The notes: generated from the sequence alone by a model not told the origin. 64,000 bases of DNA from Bacteroidota bacterium (GCA_007694165.1 RECE01000212.1:29505-93504); one strand, 5' to 3'; positions 1-10,517 are shown, counted from the stretch's first letter. Made by a program: numbers and translations.

Positions 1-299
1 TTCTTAAGCTTACCAGAGGATATTTTGGAGCAAGAAAAAATGTTTGGACCGCAGCCAAGAATACCTGGGAAAAAGGTCAAACTTACGCCTATCGTGACAG
101 GCGTACCAAGAAAAGAAATTTTAGAAAACTCTGGATTCTGCGTATCAATGCAGCCGCCAGAACTCATGGCATGAGTTATTCTAAATTTATGGGTGAATTA
201 CACAACCACGAAATTACGATCAACCGTAAGGTTTTGGCCGATCTGGCTATGAACCATCCTGAAGCTTTCAAAGCAATCGTGGATAGAATAAGCAAATAA
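1..299 (+). CDS. rplT: 50S ribosomal protein L20, C-terminal part (5' end lies outside the window)
   Basis: Frame 3 reads [98 protein letters not shown], then TAA at 297-299. This is the classic L20 signature. It is absent from the ORF track because no start codon lies in the window. Confidence 0.9.
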   Translation, partial: LKLTRGYFGARKNVWTAAKNTWEKGQTYAYRDRRTKKRNFRKLWILRINAAARTHGMSYSKFMGELHNHEITINRKVLADLAMNHPEAFKAIVDRISK

Positions 300-322
300 T
301 AAACCGAGATATTTAATGTGAA

Positions 323-354
323 AAAGACTGCCTTTTCCGGGTAGTCTTTTTTTT
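323..354 (+). terminator. Intrinsic terminator after rplT
   Basis: Stem AAAGACTGCC / GGGTAGTCTTT (one G-U pair) with a 7-nt loop, followed by a T-run (TTTTTTTT). Confidence 0.7.
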
Positions 355-404
355 ATACCTTGATTTTAAGCAGGAAAATAAGCGTGAGATTTTCTTGTTC
401 TAAA

Positions 405-757
405 TAGGGCCTGCTGAAAAAGTTTTTAGTGCATCAGATGCAAGGCGACAAGGCGAAGCTGTATAGGCATACTGCGAGCTGAAGGCAACGAAGCAGATGA
501 TGTAATAAAAACTAACGATTTGGGAATGCAAAGTTTTTACGAAGAACGAGTTTAAATCATTGCATTAAAAGTTTGAAACATCCATGATTAACATTTAAAC
601 ACACACTAGGATGACTAATTGGAAAGCCAATTGGTTATCAACGAATAAAGGAAGTTTTGGATGTTCCATCTAGCCACTTTAATCAAAATTTTGACTGATG
701 AAATTGCAAGCTAAATAATTGGTTGACATTTAATTGAGTGTTTTTCAGCAGGCCCTA
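405..757. repeat. Non-coding element bounded by perfect 17-bp inverted repeats (MITE-like or long-stem RNA)
   Basis: TAGGGCCTGCTGAAAAA at 405-421 and its exact reverse complement TTTTTCAGCAGGCCCTA at 741-757. The 319 bp between them hold no ORF of 60 aa or more. Confidence 0.5.
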
Positions 758-841
758 AATATCGAATTCAATGGACTTTTGGAAAAGTAAAAAACGTATT
801 TTGGCATTTTTCCATACCTTTATTGCCTGATAAATCTGAAA

Positions 842-1237
842 ATGCGTTATATACAACTCTTCGTTTTAGCCTCAATCCTGACATTCATATACGGATGCAC
901 GATCCGGAATTACACGGTTAATGATACACCTGAAAAAAGAATGGTGCCTCCGGTTCCTGATATGTATGATCAAATGCCCATGACAGAGACTTCCCGCGCA
1001 GATCAACTGAATTACCGGTTACCGGATGGCTATATTTTGAAAATCAGGGTTAAAAACAATGCCCGGGAGAGCATAGCAGAAACAGTGGATGGTTTCTCTA
1101 TTGTATTAAATCCTGAAGGTTTTTATGAATATACCATTCAAGATGATCAGGGATTGCCTCAGCCTACGGGAATAATTGCCCGAAATCCTGAAGACAGAAC
1201 CTCCGAAGATTGGCGTATTTTGAACAGCATTCCATAA
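842..1237 (+). CDS. Hypothetical small lipoprotein
   Basis: 131-aa ORF. The N-terminus MRYIQLFVLASILTFIYGC is a signal peptide with a lipobox Cys. I recognise no family. Confidence 0.5.
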   Translation: MRYIQLFVLASILTFIYGCTIRNYTVNDTPEKRMVPPVPDMYDQMPMTETSRADQLNYRLPDGYILKIRVKNNARESIAETVDGFSIVLNPEGFYEYTIQDDQGLPQPTGIIARNPEDRTSEDWRILNSIP

Positions 1238-1385
1238 ACATGCTGTCAAGCAGCATAAGAAGAGGTGATTTTGCAATTATAGCTGCTGTTTTTACGGGAA
1301 GAGGAAAAAGAAAAGGTTGTATCTATTGAGCTTTTGATGATAAACCCTTGATACAACCTTTCCCTTTAATTGAAGAACAATTCAA

Positions 1386-3431
1386 TTACCAGATTTCAGC
1401 CCTTGCAGATGACTCAATATATCTGGAAGTATTTTCAGTATTGAGAGCGAAAGCTTCGTAAAACTCTTTCATATTATAAACAATACCGTTTACTCTTGCC
1501 TCGCCGGGCGAATGGGGCCCTTCGCTTAATTGTTGCATCAATCTTTGGTCTCGCATATGATTTCTCCAAATCTGTGCATAAGCAATAAAGAAACGCTGTT
1601 CGGCTGTAAAACCGTCTATCTCGCTGGGACGGCCATCTCTGTTCAATTTATTTTGTAATGCATGAAAAGCGATGGTTAATCCCCCCAGATCTGCAATATT
1701 TTCTCCCAGGCTAAGCTGTCCGTTAATGGTGAGGGTATCAAGCATTACATAATTGTTGTATTGCTCCACCAGTATTTTAGTTTTTTCCTCAAACTGGCGG
1801 CTGTCTTCATCTTTCCACCAGTCTTTCAGGTTTCCGTCCTTGGCATATCTGCGTCCCTGATCATCAAAACCATGCGTCATTTCATGACCAATTACCATTC
1901 CGATGGCTCCAAAGTTTACCGCATCATCTCCAAGGGGATAAAAGAATGGAGGCTGTAATATGGCTGCTGGAAATACAATTTCATTCATGGTGGGGCTGTA
2001 ATAAGCATTGACCGTTTGAGGGTTCATAAACCATTTGTCGCGATCTACAGGCTGGCCAATTTCTTCAAGATTGCGCAGTGTATTAAATTCACGCGCTGCA
2101 ATTATATTTAAAACATGGGGTTGTTCTTTGATTTCTAAATCACTATAGTCGACCCATTTGTCAGGATAACCAATTTTTACATTCATGGCCTCAAGTTTTG
2201 CAAAGGCATTTTCCTTGGTTTCAGGGCTCATCCAATCCAGTTGTTCGATGCGCTCATAGAAAGCCTCACGAAGGTATTCCACAAGGTCTACCATTCTGTC
2301 TTTGGATTCAGGAGGGAAATGCAACGCCACGTATTCCTGTCCTACAGCATCCCCAAGGGCTCCGTTAAGCGTTGAAAGAGCAATCTTCCATCTCTCTCTT
2401 TGCTGCTCACTACCGGTCATTACCCGTGTATAAAAATCAAAATGTGCCTTCTCAAACTCCTGTCCGATATAAGGGGCTGATCCTCTTAAAACATTCCATT
2501 TCAGATAGGTTTTCCATGCATCCTTTGTTTGCCTGTCAAGGAGTTGATTGAATTGGCCAAAAAACTCAGGTTGTCCTTCATTGAGTTCTGTTATGTTTAT
2601 TCCCAGTGAGGTAAGATAGCTATCCCAGCCAAAAGCAGGCATTGATGCATCCAGTTGCATGACCGTTTTTTTATTATAAGTTGCATGAGGGTCTCTTCTT
2701 TGAAGACGTGTCATGGATGCATCGGCAAGTTGGGTTTCAATTTCCATGATTTCTTTCCTTGCCCCGGAAGCCTCCTCAGGACTGTTTCCGGCAAGAATGA
2801 ATATTTTCTCAATAAAGCTTTCGTAGTTTTCCCTAATTTCGATGCTTCTTGCATCATCATTAAGGTAGTAGTCACGATCCGACATACCTAATCCCCCCTG
2901 GGAAATATTGGCAATTATCTCTTCTGTGTTTTTTCGGTCTTGTGCAGCCCAGAGACTAAAAACGGGGCCAAAACCCTTTAGGTGCAAAGATGCAATAATT
3001 TCGGGAAGCTCATTTTTATCCTTGATATTGTCTATTCTGGTCAGCAGGAACTCTATGGCTTTTGTACCATGTTCAGTTTGTGTTACCGTGTCCATGGCAC
3101 TGTTGAAAAAGTCTCTTACCTTCTGCCTGTTGGAACCATGTAATGCACTTTTGTCATTGCGGATACTCTGGAGCAATTCAAAAAGTTTGTCATCATTTTG
3201 CTCGGCAAGCTGTTCAAAAGAACCATATCTGCTATATTCCTCAGGAATAGGATTGTTGTCAAGCCATCCGGCATTGACAAACCTGTAGAAGTCATCTCCG
3301 GGAGAGATATCCAGATTCATATTGGAAATACGAATCGGCGGATCCGTCTTGGGCTGCTGCTGACAGCCAACAGCCATTAAAAAAAGTGCAATGATAATGA
3401 ATGGTGTAAGTGATTCTTTTAAGTTGTTCAT
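1386..3431 (-). CDS. pepO: M13 family zinc metallopeptidase (PepO / endothelin-converting-enzyme-like), lipoprotein
   Basis: 681 aa. Contains the HEMTHGFD zinc motif (HExxH), a downstream GENIADLGG motif and the C-terminal W typical of M13. The N-terminal signal ends in MAVGC. Confidence 0.85.
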   Translation of the reverse strand: MNNLKESLTPFIIIALFLMAVGCQQQPKTDPPIRISNMNLDISPGDDFYRFVNAGWLDNNPIPEEYSRYGSFEQLAEQNDDKLFELLQSIRNDKSALHGSNRQKVRDFFNSAMDTVTQTEHGTKAIEFLLTRIDNIKDKNELPEIIASLHLKGFGPVFSLWAAQDRKNTEEIIANISQGGLGMSDRDYYLNDDARSIEIRENYESFIEKIFILAGNSPEEASGARKEIMEIETQLADASMTRLQRRDPHATYNKKTVMQLDASMPAFGWDSYLTSLGINITELNEGQPEFFGQFNQLLDRQTKDAWKTYLKWNVLRGSAPYIGQEFEKAHFDFYTRVMTGSEQQRERWKIALSTLNGALGDAVGQEYVALHFPPESKDRMVDLVEYLREAFYERIEQLDWMSPETKENAFAKLEAMNVKIGYPDKWVDYSDLEIKEQPHVLNIIAAREFNTLRNLEEIGQPVDRDKWFMNPQTVNAYYSPTMNEIVFPAAILQPPFFYPLGDDAVNFGAIGMVIGHEMTHGFDDQGRRYAKDGNLKDWWKDEDSRQFEEKTKILVEQYNNYVMLDTLTINGQLSLGENIADLGGLTIAFHALQNKLNRDGRPSEIDGFTAEQRFFIAYAQIWRNHMRDQRLMQQLSEGPHSPGEARVNGIVYNMKEFYEAFALNTENTSRYIESSARAEIW

Positions 3432-3613
3432 GTGTTTAAGAATATTTTAATTAGCATTTAAAAACCGACCTTTAGCCATAATCAGATATATATGGGCTTA
3501 GGGCCGGTGAAAAGTGACCTTGATTTTTGACGGGTTGAAAATACTATAATTCGGCCATTGAATGGCTGAAGGGAGAGTGATTTAACAAAAATTGACGTAA
3601 GAATGCAGCAAAA

Positions 3614-4549
3614 CTAAAAATTACCACTCAGTTTTCCATCAATCCAGTCTGTGATGGTCTCGTAGGTATGCTGCCTGATTTCTGCATTCTCATTGAGCAA
3701 TTCGTGTCTGCCTTCCAGTAGCTTAAGGTGGGTATTGAAAAAGCCTTGCTGGACATACTTTTGCTGCAATGTTTTGGGTCCTTTACCAAAATCACCTACC
3801 GGGTCTTCTGTTCCGGAGATAATCAGGGTAGCAAAATTCTTCCTGAACCTGAGTTGTTTTTCTGATTTGAGCATTTGCAATGAACCCTGCAACAGATTTT
3901 TAAAAAAGCCCAGGGACAGGTGGAAGCCACAGAGAGGGTCGTTGATGTATTTTTCCACCTCTGCTTCATCCGAACTTAGCCAGTCAAAAGTAGTTTTGCT
4001 GTTTTTAATGGAAATATTGAATTTTTTGTAGAATTGGGTATTAACCCATTTGCTTTTAAAGTTGTAGGGTTTAAAAAAACTGATAGTTTTAACCAATGCA
4101 AGAAATGATTTTAATGCTACCGGGTCAGGGTTGCCGGTTCCCGAGAGAATCATGCCTTTAAAGTACATCGGGTAGGTGCAATTGTAATATCTTGCCAGCA
4201 ATGATCCCATGCTATGACCCATGAGAAAAACAGGAATACCCGGATGGGCTTTGCGAATTATCTTATTAATGCCGTGAATTACATCGAGCATGCTATCCCA
4301 TCCGTTTTTCCAGGGCAAATGCCCTTTGGCTTCATTGGATCCGGCAGTTTTCCCATGACCGGGATGGTCATGGAGGTACACTCCATAACCGCAGTTACAT
4401 AAGTATCTGGCAAAGTCGTAATAGCGCAAACTGTGTTCTGCAAGCCCATGATTGATCTGAATGACAGCCCTGAGACTTTTTTCAGGTAAAAAGACAGTTT
4501 GAAAAACAGTATGTGATTTGATACGCTGCAAAGTGGATTTTTCAGTCAT
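3614..4549 (-). CDS. Alpha/beta hydrolase (lysophospholipase / monoacylglycerol-lipase-like)
   Basis: 311 aa. Has the nucleophile elbow GHSMGS and an HG oxyanion motif (INHGLAEH). Length and layout fit the Hydrolase_4 family. Confidence 0.7.
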   Translation of the reverse strand: MTEKSTLQRIKSHTVFQTVFLPEKSLRAVIQINHGLAEHSLRYYDFARYLCNCGYGVYLHDHPGHGKTAGSNEAKGHLPWKNGWDSMLDVIHGINKIIRKAHPGIPVFLMGHSMGSLLARYYNCTYPMYFKGMILSGTGNPDPVALKSFLALVKTISFFKPYNFKSKWVNTQFYKKFNISIKNSKTTFDWLSSDEAEVEKYINDPLCGFHLSLGFFKNLLQGSLQMLKSEKQLRFRKNFATLIISGTEDPVGDFGKGPKTLQQKYVQQGFFNTHLKLLEGRHELLNENAEIRQHTYETITDWIDGKLSGNF

Positions 4550-4606
4550 GGGATTCGAATATATGAAGATTGAAGGTTAAAAAGAGACGGCATGAAGGAC
4601 TGTATT

Positions 4607-4638
4607 AAAAAAAAAGCCTTACATCGTAAGGCTTTTTT
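4607..4638 (-). terminator. Intrinsic terminator after the cold-shock gene
   Basis: Hairpin AAGCCTTA-CATCG-TAAGGCTT flanked by an A-run and a T-run. Read on the minus strand it is followed by 9 T. Confidence 0.75.
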
Positions 4639-4669
4639 GAATCTTAAATGAGCTATGTAGTGGGCTTTT

Positions 4670-4861
4670 TTAAGCCAATCGAACATTCACTGCATTTAAT
4701 CCTTTTTTGCCTTCTTTGAGGTCAAAAGTTACGTCATCATTTTCGCGGATCTCATCGATCAGCCCTGTTGCGTGTACAAAGTACTCTTTGTCCGATTCGT
4801 CTTCTTTAATAAAACCAAAACCTTTGGTATGATTAAAGAACTTTACTTTTCCGTTATTCAT
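4670..4861 (-). CDS. cspA: Cold-shock domain protein (CspA family)
   Basis: 63 aa, MNNGKVKFFNHTKGFGFIKEDESDKEYFVHATGL. Carries the RNP1 (KGFGFI) and RNP2 (FVHAT) motifs. Confidence 0.9.
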   Translation of the reverse strand: MNNGKVKFFNHTKGFGFIKEDESDKEYFVHATGLIDEIRENDDVTFDLKEGKKGLNAVNVRLA

Positions 4862-5069
4862 ATTAAAAAAAAATAAAATAAAAAATTAAATTCAACACAA
4901 AGATATTAATTATTCTGAAAAAAATACCTAAATCAGGTTAGATTCAAAATTTATTTTTCAAAAAATGTAAACTACACTATTTGTGCACAATAAAGTGTTT
5001 TTTTTATCGAAAGCGGGCATTAAGTCCCATTAAAAATATCTTCTGATGTTGTATTTTTGGCTATGGGTG

Positions 5070-5567
5070 TTAGTGTCCGTCCTGGCCGGTATGCACGTGC
5101 TTATGGTCAATTTCTTCCTGGTTTGCTTCCCTGGTATTGAGAATTTCACCTTTAAAATGAAGGTCATGTCCTGCAAGCGGATGGTTAAAATCCATTTTTA
5201 CGGTTTCATCTGCGATCTCAAGGATTTTCCCCTGCAAAGGCTGGCCGTTCTGATCGCGCATGGTAACCATATTGCCTTCAAAAAGCATATCGGCAGCTTC
5301 TTCACCATCAATAACAAAAACACTTCTGGGTAGGTCAATAACAGCGGTTGGATCTGTTGCACCGTAAGCCTTGTCAGCTGCAATTACAAAGTCAAAAGTT
5401 TCTCCGTTTTGCAGGTTATTAATGTTGTTTTCAAAATCAGGCACCAGATTTCCAACGCCAAACAGAAATTCTGCCGGTTTTTCTTTTCCTGCAATTTCGA
5501 TTACTTCACCTTCTGCACTTCCTGAGCGAAGTTCATACGTTAGCGTGATTACTTTGGGTTTGCTCAT
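5070..5567 (-). CDS. slyD: FKBP-type peptidyl-prolyl isomerase, SlyD-like
   Basis: Trimmed from a TTG at 5642 to the ATG at 5567 (MSKPKVITLTYELR...). FKBP core with an insert-in-flap segment and a His-rich tail (HKHVHTGQDGH), as in SlyD. Confidence 0.75.
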   Translation of the reverse strand: MSKPKVITLTYELRSGSAEGEVIEIAGKEKPAEFLFGVGNLVPDFENNINNLQNGETFDFVIAADKAYGATDPTAVIDLPRSVFVIDGEEAADMLFEGNMVTMRDQNGQPLQGKILEIADETVKMDFNHPLAGHDLHFKGEILNTREANQEEIDHKHVHTGQDGH

Positions 5568-5737
5568 AAAATCTATATATAAAATTAAAAAATTTCGGGC
5601 CGTTCTCACTAAACTTGTCTTGTCTATGAGTAACAGCCCCAATTGTTAATAAGATACGAAATTATAACAAAAAATACAGATTGTCAAATTTTTAAGGCTG
5701 TTTAATCTTTTACAAGACCTTTGGCGGTGTAACGAGT

Positions 5738-8700
5738 TTACCTGGAAATAACAACTGGCACTGACTCTCCATTGGCTGACACAAGAATGTAAAATCCGGG
5801 ATTAATTCCAGACACCTGCAACTTATTGTCATCAAATATCTTTTTCACAGCCATTCCGGTTGAAGTATACAAAGTACCGGTAATGGGTTTATTGAAAAAC
5901 AGGATATCTCCGGAAACAGGATTGGGGTAAACTTTAAGGCGGTTTTCCTGAGGCCACGGTTTTTCTTCTGTTATTTGGGTTGCCGGGTCATTTACAGAGA
6001 TATAATGGAGTCCGAGCATGTCGCGGGCACCACCACTTTCATTTAAGTGTGTTCCTGTGAAATGATATAACCACCTGATTTGCAGATAGGGTTTTCCCAG
6101 AGCATCTGGGGGGACAGGCAGGTTGTTAAATTCCTGGAAATGTCCCGCAAACTCGCCGCGATGGTATTCAATGATTTCACCGTTCTCATCCCGCCAGTCT
6201 TTCCAGTAGCTGCCAGGTTCTGTCCTGTATTGAAGCCGAATGCCGTATACCCTTTGGTTTGCCCTTAGGGTAGAGGCTTTCCAGCTGAGATTCACTGTTG
6301 TTGAATTCTGGGTGTTCAGGGCAAGAATGGCGGCACCGAGATCCCGATCTCTTCCTGTATTGATAAATGAGATTCCATTGTTGTTCAGCCCATTTATCCT
6401 GGTGCGGTTTTGATTACGGTAGGGAAACCCTATGTTCTGCTGATCGTCGGGTGCGTAATCTGATTCGGGAATAGCATAAGCATGCAAAATCCGGGAGCCT
6501 GAATGAGGATCCTGGGTTTCTCCCTGCATGAAAAGCATATTTTCAGGAAAACTGCCCTGGGGCTCGTTAGGACTCCAGTAATTAAACGTATACCCATGCA
6601 GGGATAAATCTATTGCACCGGGATAAACAAGCACATAAAAATCCTGCCTTACCGAAGGGTTAAAACCATCGTTAACTTCCAGTTGAACCCAGGTACCTCC
6701 CCTGGAAAGGGGCTGAATACTCAGTTGCTGATTGGAAACCCATACATCAGCATGGCCAGGCTTGTCAATACTCACCGAATATTGCAGTTCTTCTCCATCA
6801 GGATGTCGGAAGTAGTCCTCCAGATTGATATCTGAAACAGTTCCATCTTCAATGAGTTTAACCGGATCATCGAATGATGCAATTTGCAAGGGTGGTCTGA
6901 TAACTCCTGTCAGAGCCTCGCCGTCCATAGCAACATTGTCTATTCGGTTGTTGCCAGTGAAACCTCCCTCCATGTCGGGGTTGTTTTCAATATATATGCA
7001 TATGGAAAGAGCTGCATTGTTATTGACCTGTGGAATATTGCTCAAATCCACCTCTACCATTCGGGCTTTTTCGGCTATTATTACAGTATCTATCGGGATG
7101 TATTGCTCCCCATCCACAGAGTACATAATAATATGCGTGTTGGCTCCATTTGCCGATCTTTTTGCTTCATAGGAAAACATCAAATCCCTGTAGTTTTCAG
7201 ATGATACGTGGAAAATAACCTGGGATCCTGCGGGATTGTCTGCCTTTAAGTGGTTTGATGGTTCTTTGCCGGTTCGGTCATTGATTCCCATAAAATGATT
7301 ACCAGTTCCTGAACTGATGGATGTAGCAGCAGGATGTTGAATCGTGAGTTCAGCCCCGTGAATAGACCATGTGGGCTCATATAGATCGGTTTTGTTGCCA
7401 AAGTTCCAGTAATGAATCATTGTTAACGGCTCTCCAAGCTGGCTATCCATCCATTGTAGTCTTTGCTTTTGCCAGTTGGCCATCCAAAGTACCTCCTCCT
7501 CAAATGTATCCGCAATAAACCAGTTGGGCCAGATCCAGGTACCAAGGATATCCCATCGGTCAAAATTTCTATTACCCGCTTCGCGCAAATGGTTATAAGT
7601 TTGCATTATCCTGTTGTTGAGGCGCAAATCGGAAAAAGCTGTTAAACGCAAACTCCTGTATCGCCTGTTGTATGCATGTTCAAAGGCGGGGTCTTCAAAC
7701 ATACGGTTGTACCAGCCGTAAACATATTCCTCCTCACTGATGAGATTGTAATACCACCCCTGCGGATTCCATCCCTCCAGATAATAGGAATTTCCCAGGG
7801 CAAGATTAAAATCCCAAAGGGGACCTGACTTGATTTTACCTTTTCTTTCTTTGTTGAAAAAAGTACTGAGACGATAGCCGTCAATTTCTTTGGTAAGCTC
7901 GGTGATCAAATGCATGTCAATAAATGAGCGTGAGTCCAGAAACGCAGCATACCCTTGCTCAGGGTCTGCAAACATATTTCCAAACAATGCTGACTCAAGA
8001 GAATCGAGGTATTGGACCAGATAGTTTTTCTGGGCAGGAGAAACACTTTCTTCATTGGGTCTGACAAACGCAAAATGGGTTTCCCTGTTGGTGAAAAATC
8101 CTGTTTCTCCCGGATTGAGTCTGTCAATCTTAAAAATATACCCTCCCGAAACTTCAGGGTATTCATTGTGATGGGGTTCGAGATCTTCCACTTCCACTCT
8201 CCCTGGTGCTACCTTTATACGCTCGGTAAGCAGGTAAACACCATGATAGGTATGTGCCTGCAATGATGACGTGCCTTTATGCAAAAACAATTCAACAAAA
8301 CGAGTACGTGGCGAGTAGTGTCCGGCATCCGGGGCTATAGCATAAGATAATGCATTTCGCATGAGGCTTTTGTCGGAATAGGGGCCATGCAAAATCCAGT
8401 TATGCTCCTCAGGCATTCCCAGTAAAGGCACCTTACGATTGCTATTATCCTCTTCAAGGATATGAAATCCGTATCCTTTTTTGGGAAACATTTGTGAGCT
8501 TGACCCCCTGATATTGATTTTTATCCTTCCGCTGAAATCGGGTGTTTCCATGAGTTGTGCACGTTGCCCCTGGGTATTGTCCCATAAACTCATCCAGGCG
8601 GTGGTTCTTTCTCCCGGTGTTATATCGGTATTGAAGCTGTGTATAATCATCATGGGCAAATTCGAAGAAAGCGGAGCAAGGTTCTGGTGAGAAACTGAGT

Positions 8701-9955
8701 ATGTTGCCCCTGCCGCTTTTCCCGCAAGGTATCCTGGCTTAACAGCCCTTGCTCTCACATAGGCAGTATTGCTGATAACAAAAGGTTGCTGATACAAAAC
8801 TCCGTTACCAGCTGATGGAAGCGAACCATTGGTAGTATAGTATATTTGTGCATCAGGCTCGAAAGAAAATATACTGACTTCAACCGGAGCTGAATATACT
8901 CCCGCAGAGGGAAAGAGAACCGGTTTTTTTGTTATTCCGCTGAAACCTTGCTGACTGTTTACTGCCTCAGGAGTAGGATGCTCAAAGTAAACCCATTCGT
9001 CACCTCCGTTGGGAAGTCTTCCCAATGAAACCTGGGAAGGGATTGGCACTGGTGGCATTTCATCGATTCGTATACCCTGAGGATTGGTAAGGATTAGTTC
9101 TTCACCGGCTGAGCTAAGTTTGAAATTGGTATGCCATCTTGCAGCAGGTACATAACAATGTGCAGCGCTGAGGGGTTCCTCGAATACACCACCGGGAAGC
9201 TGCCATCTGACAGAGAGATTATCGCCACCGGTGCCTTCTTTCATAAGGGCTGAAAGGTAGTATGTTTCTCCTTTAATGAGTGGTATGTAATTTGAAAGTT
9301 GCTCGGAGTATTTATCCCATTCCCTTGGATAGGTCCAACCCGGAACACTGGCTATCAGCTGGGCATCGTCAGGATTTTCGCTGCTGCTCAAATAAAGTGC
9401 TGAATTGTCATCACTGGCAATCTGAAACCTGTAATCTCCCGTTATGGGTGCAACCAGCCATGTAAAAAGATGCTGACCGTAATTATCAGCAATATCTGTG
9501 GGCGCTTCAAAATAATTGGTTATAACGTTCCTTGTAGCAGGCCTGTCAGGGAAGCTTTCATGGTTGATCAGGTTGTTAACACTGGTGCCGGGAATATTGG
9601 GATACCATCTTCGTTGTATTCCGTTTTTCATGGAGCCGGGCAGGGGTTTCCGGTCTTTTCCTGATGCCCAGATAAGGAGATATCCTCCCGGCTGCATTTC
9701 ATAAGCCGGGAAAACCCATTTGAAGGGATTGTCAGAATCATTGGACAAGCCAAATCCTTCGAGATTTATTACATTATTATTCGCATTATATAATTCAATC
9801 CAGTCTTCAAAAGAGCCATCTTCATCAGATATAAAATGAGCATTCGAACTCATTACTTCGTTGATTAATATATCCTGAGATTTGCCGTAACCGGAATGGA
9901 GCAGGAGAATAATTGATAATATAAAATATAGTCGGATGGTTCGGAAAAAGTACAT
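5738..9955 (-). CDS. Large secreted CotH-kinase-family protein with lamin-tail (LTD) and PA14-like domains and a T9SS C-terminal sorting domain
   Basis: About 1405 aa from the ATG at 9955 (signal MYFFRTIRLYFILSIILLLHSGYG). LTD motif: ILINEVMSSN...DWIELYN. PA14-like: GDYRFQIASDDNSALYLS...GGDNLSVRWQLPGG. CotH-like core: SLMRNALSYAIA...RFVELFLH..YHGVYLLTERIK. C-terminus: KVYPNPVSGDILFF...GFYILVSANGESVPVVISR. Confidence 0.75.
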   Translation of the reverse strand: MYFFRTIRLYFILSIILLLHSGYGKSQDILINEVMSSNAHFISDEDGSFEDWIELYNANNNVINLEGFGLSNDSDNPFKWVFPAYEMQPGGYLLIWASGKDRKPLPGSMKNGIQRRWYPNIPGTSVNNLINHESFPDRPATRNVITNYFEAPTDIADNYGQHLFTWLVAPITGDYRFQIASDDNSALYLSSSENPDDAQLIASVPGWTYPREWDKYSEQLSNYIPLIKGETYYLSALMKEGTGGDNLSVRWQLPGGVFEEPLSAAHCYVPAARWHTNFKLSSAGEELILTNPQGIRIDEMPPVPIPSQVSLGRLPNGGDEWVYFEHPTPEAVNSQQGFSGITKKPVLFPSAGVYSAPVEVSIFSFEPDAQIYYTTNGSLPSAGNGVLYQQPFVISNTAYVRARAVKPGYLAGKAAGATYSVSHQNLAPLSSNLPMMIIHSFNTDITPGERTTAWMSLWDNTQGQRAQLMETPDFSGRIKINIRGSSSQMFPKKGYGFHILEEDNSNRKVPLLGMPEEHNWILHGPYSDKSLMRNALSYAIAPDAGHYSPRTRFVELFLHKGTSSLQAHTYHGVYLLTERIKVAPGRVEVEDLEPHHNEYPEVSGGYIFKIDRLNPGETGFFTNRETHFAFVRPNEESVSPAQKNYLVQYLDSLESALFGNMFADPEQGYAAFLDSRSFIDMHLITELTKEIDGYRLSTFFNKERKGKIKSGPLWDFNLALGNSYYLEGWNPQGWYYNLISEEEYVYGWYNRMFEDPAFEHAYNRRYRSLRLTAFSDLRLNNRIMQTYNHLREAGNRNFDRWDILGTWIWPNWFIADTFEEEVLWMANWQKQRLQWMDSQLGEPLTMIHYWNFGNKTDLYEPTWSIHGAELTIQHPAATSISSGTGNHFMGINDRTGKEPSNHLKADNPAGSQVIFHVSSENYRDLMFSYEAKRSANGANTHIIMYSVDGEQYIPIDTVIIAEKARMVEVDLSNIPQVNNNAALSICIYIENNPDMEGGFTGNNRIDNVAMDGEALTGVIRPPLQIASFDDPVKLIEDGTVSDINLEDYFRHPDGEELQYSVSIDKPGHADVWVSNQQLSIQPLSRGGTWVQLEVNDGFNPSVRQDFYVLVYPGAIDLSLHGYTFNYWSPNEPQGSFPENMLFMQGETQDPHSGSRILHAYAIPESDYAPDDQQNIGFPYRNQNRTRINGLNNNGISFINTGRDRDLGAAILALNTQNSTTVNLSWKASTLRANQRVYGIRLQYRTEPGSYWKDWRDENGEIIEYHRGEFAGHFQEFNNLPVPPDALGKPYLQIRWLYHFTGTHLNESGGARDMLGLHYISVNDPATQITEEKPWPQENRLKVYPNPVSGDILFFNKPITGTLYTSTGMAVKKIFDDNKLQVSGINPGFYILVSANGESVPVVISR

Positions 9956-10251
9956 AGGTGAGAAATTACAGATACTTTGCAAATATAATCATAACCGGGG
10001 TAAGGATTCTCTTTGATGAAATTATCTGTTTTTGCACTGATGTTTTTTTCGCAAAGCATATTAATTAGAGGAGATTGCAAAGGCAAAAAGAAATCATAAA
10101 TCGTTGAATTTCGAAACCGGGTATGAAAAATACATCAGGTTTTATACGCTTACAGCACACGTCAAACAAGGAGTATACTGATTTTTTAGCAGCAGATCGA
10201 AGCCCATTTAAACGCCAAATAAACCTGGATTAATTTATTTTTGAATAATCC

Positions 10252-10282
10252 TTTGCGAAAAAAGATTTATTGATTAACTTTG
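10252..10282 (+). promoter_or_regulatory. Bacteroidota sigma-A type promoter for rpmG
   Basis: TTTG at 10252-10255, a 19-bp spacer, then TAACTTTG (TAnnTTTG) at 10275-10282, about 40 nt upstream of the rpmG ATG. Confidence 0.55.
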
Positions 10283-10321
10283 CGCTCCTGAAAATGAAAC
10301 CTCAAAATACTTCATACTACA

Positions 10322-10510
10322 ATGGCAAAGAAATCTAAAGATGCAAGAGTGCAGGTTATCCTGGAATGCACAGAGCACAAGACCAGCGGAACTCCGGGAA
10401 CTTCAAGGTACATTTCTACCAAAAACAAGAAGAATACTCCAGACAGGCTTGAGCTGAAGAAGTACAATCCTATTCTAAGAAAAATGACTGTTCATCGCGA
10501 AATTAAATAA
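10322..10510 (+). CDS. rpmG: 50S ribosomal protein L33
   Basis: 62 aa, [62 protein letters not shown]. Canonical L33. Confidence 0.9.
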   Translation: MAKKSKDARVQVILECTEHKTSGTPGTSRYISTKNKKNTPDRLELKKYNPILRKMTVHREIK

Positions 10511-10517
10511 TTAAACT

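Noticed and set aside
9983-10321. Missing rpmB (L28) upstream of rpmG
   Set aside because: I translated the 340-bp upstream region in all frames and found no L28-like peptide. rpmB is simply encoded elsewhere, so this is not a pseudogene remnant.
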